Source: Anaerovoracaceae bacterium (GTDB lineage: Bacteria > Bacillota > Clostridia > Peptostreptococcales > Anaerovoracaceae). From it: DNA of 64,000 nucleotides. The notes beneath the pieces are model-generated. The model ran no database searches, was not told where the DNA came from, and saw nothing but the letters and a program-made list of their open reading frames with translations. Of the stretch, positions 57,572 to 64,000 are shown in pieces. The DNA lies in assembly GCA_050953425.1 (NCBI GenBank), contig JBMNMQ010000007.1:232408-296407 (forward strand), read 5' to 3'. The first letter of the stretch is position 1. Each line of letters begins with the position of its first letter. A program made the position numbers and the translations under genes.

Positions 57572-58690
57572 ATGAGTGCAGCAGCATTGATCTTTGCGGA
57601 TTCCTTTGACGTTGACCTGGATACACTGACGGAAAAGCGAACCCTCGCGGCGGTTCCGTTCGGGGCCCGTTACCGCGTCATCGATTTTATGATTTCCAGT
57701 CTTGTCAACTCCGGCGTCAAGAATATCGGCATCGTAACCACGCAGAAATACCACAGTCTGATGAACCACGTCCGCGCCGGCGCGGCCTGGGATCTGGACC
57801 GCAAGAGGTCCGGCGTCACCTTCCTGCCGCCCTATTCGACCGGCAGCCGGCACAGCGTATTTGAAAACCGCCTTGAGGCGATGCAGAACAATCTGACCTA
57901 TCTGCGTCAGATCAGCGATGAGTATGTAATTTTTACGGCCTGCAACTACGTCGGCAACGTGGATTTCCATCGCATGTACGAGGCGCATGTGCAGAGCCGC
58001 GCGGACATCACCGGCCTCTACACCAACAAGCCGGTCAATAAGCAGGCGATCCTGCCGGTGACCGAATACAGCATTGCCGAAGACGGCACCGTCCGGGACG
58101 TGCGCATTGAAACGGGACATGAGCCGGGCATGAAGATCGCGGCCAACACCTACATCGTCGATCGGCAGCTGCTGCTCGGCGAGCTGGAAGCATCGTATCG
58201 GGCGGGAAAGAAGAGCTTCCGCCGCGATGTCCTGATGCCGCTCGTCAACAAGGGCAGCGTGCGAGGGTATGAAGCGCAGGAAACGCTGCTCTTTCTCGAC
58301 GACACGTCCTGCTATTTGAAGAGCAATCTCGATCTTCTGCGGCGGGAAATCCGCGATGAAATTTTCCATAAGGAAGGCAGCCCGATCGTGACCAGGGTCA
58401 AGGACAGCGCACCGACGCGCTACGGCGCCGAAGCCAAAGCGGTCAATTCGCTGATCGCCGACGGCGCGATCATCGAGGGGGAAGTGCGCAATTCGATCAT
58501 CTTCCGCGGCGTGCGCATCAAGAAGGGCGCAGTGGTGGAAAATTCGGTCGTCCTTCAGGATACCACGGTCGGCGAATACGCCCGGCTCAATTACGCAGTG
58601 CTCGACAAGAATGCCTTCATCAACGACGGACGGATGCTGTCGGGCTACATCACCCATCCGTTCTACGTCGGGCATCACGTGATTATCTAG
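57572..58690 (+). CDS. glgD: Glucose-1-phosphate adenylyltransferase subunit GlgD
   Basis: 372 aa, a GlgC paralog that lacks the GGxGxRL motif ([13 protein letters not shown] is retained). This is the Firmicutes-type GlgCD pair. Confidence 0.85.
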   Translation: MSAAALIFADSFDVDLDTLTEKRTLAAVPFGARYRVIDFMISSLVNSGVKNIGIVTTQKYHSLMNHVRAGAAWDLDRKRSGVTFLPPYSTGSRHSVFENRLEAMQNNLTYLRQISDEYVIFTACNYVGNVDFHRMYEAHVQSRADITGLYTNKPVNKQAILPVTEYSIAEDGTVRDVRIETGHEPGMKIAANTYIVDRQLLLGELEASYRAGKKSFRRDVLMPLVNKGSVRGYEAQETLLFLDDTSCYLKSNLDLLRREIRDEIFHKEGSPIVTRVKDSAPTRYGAEAKAVNSLIADGAIIEGEVRNSIIFRGVRIKKGAVVENSVVLQDTTVGEYARLNYAVLDKNAFINDGRMLSGYITHPFYVGHHVII

Positions 58691-58782
58691 AGGCTGTCGG
58701 AACCGGGAAGGGTGCGGGTTCCGCACTCTTCCCGCAGTGCAGGGGGAATGACAGCGGGGAAAAAGACAGCACAGGAGAAATA

Positions 58783-60657
58783 GTGAGCGAAAGAAAAGTA
58801 CTGATATTATTCGATCCGGCGGATTCGACGTACAAAGAACCGACCGGGGCGGTTCGTTCGGGGAGCATGATGCATTTCCGCCTGCGGATCAGCGAGGATA
58901 TTGTCGTGGTGGATCCCTACATGGTGGTCAAGTACGACCGCCATGAGAAGCCGGCCGTCTACCATCTGGAAAAGACGCTGGCGGACGGACACCTGCCGGG
59001 CTACGTGGATTATGAGGTCTATTTTGAAATCGTCGACAGCGGACTCTACTGGTACGAGTTTGACGTGCACACCGATCTCGGCCTTTTGCGCGTCGGGCGC
59101 TCGGAGGAGGACGGCAAAGCGCTGATCTGCGACAATCCGCTGATGTTCCAGCAGACCGTCTTCCGCCGGCAGTACGAGGAGCCGGAGTGGATTTACGGCG
59201 GCGTCTTTTATCATATTTTCGTCGACCGCTTCTACCACACCGGACCGCGGGTGGAACTGCCCGGCAAGGTGACGCGGGACGACTGGGGCGGGACGCCCGA
59301 ATACCGGGCGCAGAACGGCCGCATTCTCAACAACGATTTCTTCGGCGGCAATCTCAACGGCATCCGCGCCAAGCTGGATTATCTCGAGGATCTGGGCGTC
59401 ACCTGTCTCTATCTGAGCCCGATCTTCGAAGCGTACTCGAACCACAAATACGACACCGCCGATTACCTGCACATCGACCCGATGTTCGGCACCGAGGAGG
59501 ACCTGCGGGCGCTCTGCCGCGAGGCCGGGGCGCGCGGCATGCACGTCATTCTCGACGGCGTCTTTGCCCACACCGGCTCTGATTCGATCTACTTTGACAA
59601 GGAGCAGCACTACGGCGGCAGCGGCGCCTGGAATAATCCGTCGTCGCCCTACCGGGACTGGTATTTTATCCGCGACGACGGCAGCTACGACTGCTGGTGG
59701 GGCATCGATACGCTGCCAAAGCTGAACAAGGACGCGCCGGGCTACCGCGCGTTTCTGATGGGGCAGGACGGTCCGCTGCGGCACTGGCTGCGCGCCGGCG
59801 TCGACGGCTGGCGCCTCGATGTGGCCGATGAACTGCCTTCTTCGTTCCTTCACGAGCTGGCGGCGACGGTCAAGGACGAGAAGCCGGATGCACTGCTGAT
59901 CGGTGAGGTCTGGGAGGACGCGTCCAACAAAGTCGCCTACGACGAACGCAAGAACTACTTTGAGGGCGACAAGCTGGACTCGGTGATGGATTACCCGCTC
60001 AAGGATGCGATCATCGCTTTCCTCCGCGAGGGCGACGCCCACCGCCTGGCGATCACGGTGGAGACGATCATGAGCAACTATCCCGCCTGGGCGGTCGATG
60101 CGCTGATGAACAGCCTCGGCACGCACGATACGGAGCGCATCCTCACGGCGCTGGCCGGTCAGCCGCTGGGCGATGCGACGCGGGAACAGCAGGCACAGAT
60201 GCGGCTTTCGGCGGCGGAGCGGGAGCGCGGCCGGGTACTGCTGCAGCAGGCCGTGCTGCTGCAGATGACACTGCCGGGCGTGCCCTGCATCTATTACGGC
60301 GACGAAGCGCTGATGGAGGGATACAAAGACCCGTTCAACCGTCGCTGCTATCCGTGGGGCGAGGAGGATCAGGGCATGATCGCCTGGTACCGCAGCCTGA
60401 TCCACATTCGCCGCACGCACATCGTCTACCGCCGCGGCGGCTACCGCACGCTGGCCGGTGAGGCGGGATTCTACGCCTTTGAGCGCTATGAGGAGCATGC
60501 CGGCAGTATGGTGACCGCGATCAACCGCGGCGAGCAGCCGGTGACGCTGCATCTGCGCGGCTGCTGGATCGACCTTCTGACCGGCCGCGAAGAAGAAGAC
60601 GATATCACTCTCGAGCCGGGGGCCATGCGGCTTCTGGAGGAACAGTGGAGGTTCTGA
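58783..60657 (+). CDS. GH13 alpha-amylase-family glycoside hydrolase (neopullulanase / cyclomaltodextrinase-like, with an N-terminal domain)
   Basis: 624 aa. GH13 conserved regions: DGVFAHTG, GWRLDVADE, EVWED, and the FLGTHD-like SLGTHDT. Confidence 0.8.
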   Translation: MSERKVLILFDPADSTYKEPTGAVRSGSMMHFRLRISEDIVVVDPYMVVKYDRHEKPAVYHLEKTLADGHLPGYVDYEVYFEIVDSGLYWYEFDVHTDLGLLRVGRSEEDGKALICDNPLMFQQTVFRRQYEEPEWIYGGVFYHIFVDRFYHTGPRVELPGKVTRDDWGGTPEYRAQNGRILNNDFFGGNLNGIRAKLDYLEDLGVTCLYLSPIFEAYSNHKYDTADYLHIDPMFGTEEDLRALCREAGARGMHVILDGVFAHTGSDSIYFDKEQHYGGSGAWNNPSSPYRDWYFIRDDGSYDCWWGIDTLPKLNKDAPGYRAFLMGQDGPLRHWLRAGVDGWRLDVADELPSSFLHELAATVKDEKPDALLIGEVWEDASNKVAYDERKNYFEGDKLDSVMDYPLKDAIIAFLREGDAHRLAITVETIMSNYPAWAVDALMNSLGTHDTERILTALAGQPLGDATREQQAQMRLSAAERERGRVLLQQAVLLQMTLPGVPCIYYGDEALMEGYKDPFNRRCYPWGEEDQGMIAWYRSLIHIRRTHIVYRRGGYRTLAGEAGFYAFERYEEHAGSMVTAINRGEQPVTLHLRGCWIDLLTGREEEDDITLEPGAMRLLEEQWRF

Positions 60658-60658
60658 G

Positions 60659-62383
60659 ATGAGCTATAGAGATGAATATGAAAAGTGGCTGCAGGCGGAT
60701 GCGGTGGACGAGGCGACCCGACGGGAACTGCGGGACATCGCCGGGGATGAGGAGCAGATCGAGGATCGCTTCAGCGGCATGCTGCAGTTCGGTACGGCCG
60801 GACTGCGCGGACGCATGCGTGCCGGACTCAACGGCATGAACGTCTATACGGTGCGCTACGCGACGCAGGGCATGGCCAACCTGATCAAGTCCTGCGGCGA
60901 GGATCCCGGCAGCGGCGTCACCATCGCCTACGACAGCCGCAGCAACAGCCGCCTCTTTGCCGAGCAGGCGGCGGCCGTACTGGCGGCCAACGAAATCCAT
61001 GTGCACCTCTTTGATGATCTGCGGCCGACACCGGAACTCTCGTTCGCCATTCGCGAAACCGGCTCGATCGCCGGCATCAATATCACCGCCAGTCATAATC
61101 CCAAGGAGTACAACGGCTACAAGGCGTACTGGTCGGACGGGGCACAGCTGCCGCCGGAACACGCGGCGCAGGTGTCGGCTTCGATGGAGCGGATCGATAT
61201 CTTCGACGACGTCCTCACCTGCGAGTTCGCCGATGCCGTGGAGAGCGGCCGCGTTGCCTGGCTCGGCGAGGAGATGGACGAACGCTACATGGAGCAGGTG
61301 CTGGCGCAGTCGGTGGGCGGGCGCTATGTGCGGCAGGCCGCCGATGACTTCGAAATCGTCTATACGCCGTTCCACGGTGCCGGCTGCCGGCTCGTGCCCG
61401 AAGTGCTGCACCGTCTCGGCATCCGCCGTCTGATTCCGGTGGCCGAGCAGATGAAGCCGGACGGTGATTTTCCGACCGTGGCTTCGCCCAATCCGGAGAA
61501 CGCCGAAGGCTTTGCGATGGCGATCGCGCTCGCCGCTTCCCGCGGTGTCGATCTGATCATCGGCACCGACCCCGACAGCGACCGCTGCGGGGCCGTGGTG
61601 CGCAGCGGCGAGGAGTATCAGGTCCTCAGCGGCAATCAGATCGGCGTCCTGCTGCTCGACTATCTGATTACGCTGCGCCGCGAAAACGGCACCCTGCCGG
61701 CCGACGCGGCGGCGGTCAAGAGCATCGTCTCGACGCCGATGTTCAACAAAATCTGCGCCGTCAACGGTGTCACCGCGGTGGAGACGCTGACCGGCTTTAA
61801 GTTCATCGGTGAAAAGATCAAGGAATTCGAGGAGACCGGCGCGCACACGTTCCTCTTCGGCTTTGAAGAGAGCCTCGGTTTTCTCGCCGGCACCTACGCG
61901 CGCGACAAGGATGCCGTGGTGGCGGCGATGCTGATCGCCGAGATGGGATGCTGGTACAAGACCCGGGGGATGACGCTCTACGATGGTCTGCAGGAGCTCT
62001 ACCGGCGCTACGGGTATTACCGGGAAGTCACCAAATCCATCGTCTTTGAGGGGCTCGACGCGCAGCAGCGGATGCAGCAGCTGATGGCGCAGCTGCGGCG
62101 TCGGCATCCGGCCGCGATCGGGCTGCCGGTGCGGCGCGTGCGCGACTACCAGCAGGGCACGGTCACCGACCTCGCCGACGGCGCAACGGTGCCGACCGGC
62201 CTCGGCCGCAGCGACGTGCTCTTCTACGAACTCGAGGATGACTGTGCGGCCGTCGTGCGGCCCTCCGGAACCGAGCCCAAGATCAAGCTCTACGTGATGG
62301 CCCGCGGCGATGATGCCGGGGCGGCCGATCAGCGCTTTACAGCGATTCTGGAGGCCGGCACAGCACTTCTTCAAAAGGCCTGA
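60659..62383 (+). CDS. pgcA: Phosphoglucomutase / phosphomannomutase family alpha-D-phosphohexomutase
   Basis: 574 aa. Active-site TASHNP, the GFEESLG sugar-binding loop and the C-terminal domain. Confidence 0.85.
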   Translation: MSYRDEYEKWLQADAVDEATRRELRDIAGDEEQIEDRFSGMLQFGTAGLRGRMRAGLNGMNVYTVRYATQGMANLIKSCGEDPGSGVTIAYDSRSNSRLFAEQAAAVLAANEIHVHLFDDLRPTPELSFAIRETGSIAGINITASHNPKEYNGYKAYWSDGAQLPPEHAAQVSASMERIDIFDDVLTCEFADAVESGRVAWLGEEMDERYMEQVLAQSVGGRYVRQAADDFEIVYTPFHGAGCRLVPEVLHRLGIRRLIPVAEQMKPDGDFPTVASPNPENAEGFAMAIALAASRGVDLIIGTDPDSDRCGAVVRSGEEYQVLSGNQIGVLLLDYLITLRRENGTLPADAAAVKSIVSTPMFNKICAVNGVTAVETLTGFKFIGEKIKEFEETGAHTFLFGFEESLGFLAGTYARDKDAVVAAMLIAEMGCWYKTRGMTLYDGLQELYRRYGYYREVTKSIVFEGLDAQQRMQQLMAQLRRRHPAAIGLPVRRVRDYQQGTVTDLADGATVPTGLGRSDVLFYELEDDCAAVVRPSGTEPKIKLYVMARGDDAGAADQRFTAILEAGTALLQKA

Positions 62384-63470
62384 GACCGCCGACGGCCGAA
62401 ACCTCGGTGACGCAGAGCGCGCCTTCGGTGACGGCCAGCGTCAGCGCCCGGGTCAAATCGCAGCCGCGCAGCAGCGCGGCCAGATAGGCGGCAATCGAAG
62501 TATCCCCGGCCCCGAGCCCGGATACTTCTTTTGTTACCGGCACGGCGGTGCGAAAGCCGGTTTGCCCCGCCCAGCTCTGCAGGCAGCCGGCCGGCAGCCG
62601 CAGCCGCTGCTCCGCGGCAGCGAAGAATCCGGCGCCGGCGTGGCGGTAGGCCATGCCGGCGGCGCCGCATTTGATCAGTACGTTGGCGGCGCCGTATTCC
62701 TGCGCCAGCGCGGCGAGGCGGGCGGCGCGCCGGCGCACCGCAGTCGTGTCTGCGTCCGTTTCCTGCGGCGGCAGGATGGCCGTGAGTTCATCGATGCTGG
62801 GGACGAAGAAATCGGTCCACGGCAGTACCCGGCGCAGTATCGCCCGCCAGTCCTGGCGGCCGGCTTCGGAGGCGGGGTCGACGGCGCAGAGATCGAGGGA
62901 GGTCAGCAGGCCGTGCTCGCGGGCGCCGCGCAGGGCGCGGTACAGGCCCTCGCCGCCGTCGCGGTAGATTTCACGCATCGTGGAAGGGTGGCCGAAATGC
63001 AGCAGGCCGCAGTCCCGCAGCGAGTTCCAGTCGAGATCGTCGGCGCGGAAGCGGTCGTTGGCGCCGGGATTCTGGAGAATAGACCGATCCAGGCCGGGGA
63101 CGGCGAGGATCACGCTCCAGGCGGTGTAGGACGCCGGATCGCTGATCAGTCCGGTGAGGGCGCGTTCGCCGGCTCCGTCGCGCAGCATATGCCGCAGCAG
63201 GCGGCCGAAGTCGTCGTCGCCGAGACGGGCGCACAGCACCGGTTCGATGCCAAAGCGGTGCAGTGCGAGACCGGTGTTGGCCACCGGCCCGCCGGGATGG
63301 ATTTCGCGGCCGGTGATGCGGGTGATCTCTCCGGGGCGGATCACGTCACCGATCTCCCGCGCGGGAGGGCAGACAAACCGCGGGCAGATATCGACGCTGA
63401 GGGCGCCGGCAACCGCCGCCCGGACGGCGGCGGAGCGCAGAGCAGGACGGGGCTGCGCGGCATGATTCAT
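62337..63470 (-). CDS. PfkB-family carbohydrate kinase
   Basis: 377 aa. Ribokinase-like fold pattern with C-terminal GAGDTSIAA. Its 3' end overlaps the pgm stop region by 47 nt. Confidence 0.7.
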   Translation of the reverse strand: MNHAAQPRPALRSAAVRAAVAGALSVDICPRFVCPPAREIGDVIRPGEITRITGREIHPGGPVANTGLALHRFGIEPVLCARLGDDDFGRLLRHMLRDGAGERALTGLISDPASYTAWSVILAVPGLDRSILQNPGANDRFRADDLDWNSLRDCGLLHFGHPSTMREIYRDGGEGLYRALRGAREHGLLTSLDLCAVDPASEAGRQDWRAILRRVLPWTDFFVPSIDELTAILPPQETDADTTAVRRRAARLAALAQEYGAANVLIKCGAAGMAYRHAGAGFFAAAEQRLRLPAGCLQSWAGQTGFRTAVPVTKEVSGLGAGDTSIAAYLAALLRGCDLTRALTLAVTEGALCVTEVSAVGGLRPFEEVLCRPPESL

Positions 63471-64000
63471 AATCTGTCACTCTCCTTTGTCAATGTGTTC
63501 AGATACTCGACATAAATCTCGCTGAATTCGTCCGCGGCCAGACGCCAGCTCCAGTTGCGGCCGGTCGTGGCCGGCGTGTTGATGCGCGCCTCGCTGCCCT
63601 TGACCAGCAGATCCTGCAGGGGCAGGATGCAGGTATCGGCGCGGCTGCGCATGGCCAGTTCCGTCAGCGCCCGGGTCGCCGAAAAGGGATCAAAGCGCGG
63701 CGCCTTGCGGCCGGCCGCCGTGCCGCCGCTCTGGGAGCGGATATAGGACGTGATCAGCTGCTGTTCGGAGGTAGACTGCGAACGGTACCAGCCGCAGGTC
63801 GTGTCGTTGTCATGGGTGCCGGTGTAGACGACGGAATTGGGCTCGATGTTCTTCAGCAGATAGGGATTGTCAGGGCTGCCGTCGAAGGCGAACTGCAGTA
63901 CTTTCATGCCCGGAAAACCGGCGCGCCGGATCGCGCGCCGCACCGCCGGGGTGATCGTGCCGAGATCCTCGGCGATGAATTCGCGCGGTCCCAGCGCATC
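63467..64000 (-). CDS. malQ: 4-alpha-glucanotransferase (amylomaltase, GH77). Partial: the 5' end lies beyond the window.
   Basis: C-terminal ~178 aa including FIAEDLG, GMKVLQFAFD and VVYTGTHDNDT. The frame stays open to position 64000. Confidence 0.8.
   Translation of the reverse strand, partial: DALGPREFIAEDLGTITPAVRRAIRRAGFPGMKVLQFAFDGSPDNPYLLKNIEPNSVVYTGTHDNDTTCGWYRSQSTSEQQLITSYIRSQSGGTAAGRKAPRFDPFSATRALTELAMRSRADTCILPLQDLLVKGSEARINTPATTGRNWSWRLAADEFSEIYVEYLNTLTKESDRL

Overview
This is a high-GC (~65%) chromosomal segment that, on gene content (hisZ, glgD, RelQ-type alarmone synthetase, Cof-HAD, CobU/S/T), looks like a Clostridia / Oscillospiraceae-type Firmicute. It is densely coding on both strands. 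Nearly all of it is core metabolism, and I saw no rRNA, tRNA, CRISPR array, integrase, transposase or recognisable defence island.

Gene content from 5' to 3':
- A PP-loop ATPase (truncated at the window start) and an HD hydrolase.
- A PucR-family regulator with a repeat-encoded C-terminal tail, followed by an AT-rich island and an iteron-like repeat block.
- A histidine phosphatase, birA, and a heterodimeric ABC exporter pair.
- MarR, a RelQ-like small alarmone synthetase, and a membrane protein ending in a zinc ribbon.
- A minus-strand molybdoenzyme operon: small membrane protein, structured leader with an intrinsic terminator, Mop-like aldehyde oxidoreductase, a 761-aa multi-domain redox partner, and a YgiT-type zinc-ribbon gene. 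moeA is divergent from it.
- A his operon with an in-frame hisZ-hisG fusion and no hisD.
- A cobamide nucleotide-loop / remodelling operon: cbiR-like, cobT, cobU-like, cobS, cobU-like.
- An Ltp-family lipoprotein, an SPFH protein, a DUF1847-like protein plus a Cof HAD hydrolase, an Orn/Lys/Arg decarboxylase, a frameshifted acyltransferase, an Asp/Glu racemase, and a sodium:solute symporter flanked by two Gfo/Idh/MocA oxidoreductases.
- ftsH, hdeD-like, an ArsR / HMA / P1B-ATPase metal cassette, and a NUDIX hydrolase.
- A large glycogen locus: glgP, glgA, a Lys/Ala-rich ORF, glgB, glgC, glgD, a GH13 enzyme, pgm, a PfkB kinase and a truncated malQ.

The most unusual items, in order of interest:
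1. The Mo-enzyme operon. Its redox partner carries a C-terminal DUF4258-like, toxin-antitoxin-type domain and is translationally coupled to a YgiT zinc-ribbon gene. It sits behind a terminator-containing leader that is a candidate Moco/Tuco riboswitch.
2. Two frameshifts at homopolymers, in glgA and in an acyltransferase. They are either sequencing errors or phase-variable sites, and the glgA one hides a possible Lys/Ala-rich N-terminal extension.
3. The hisZG fusion.
4. Several promoter-proximal tandem-repeat arrays.
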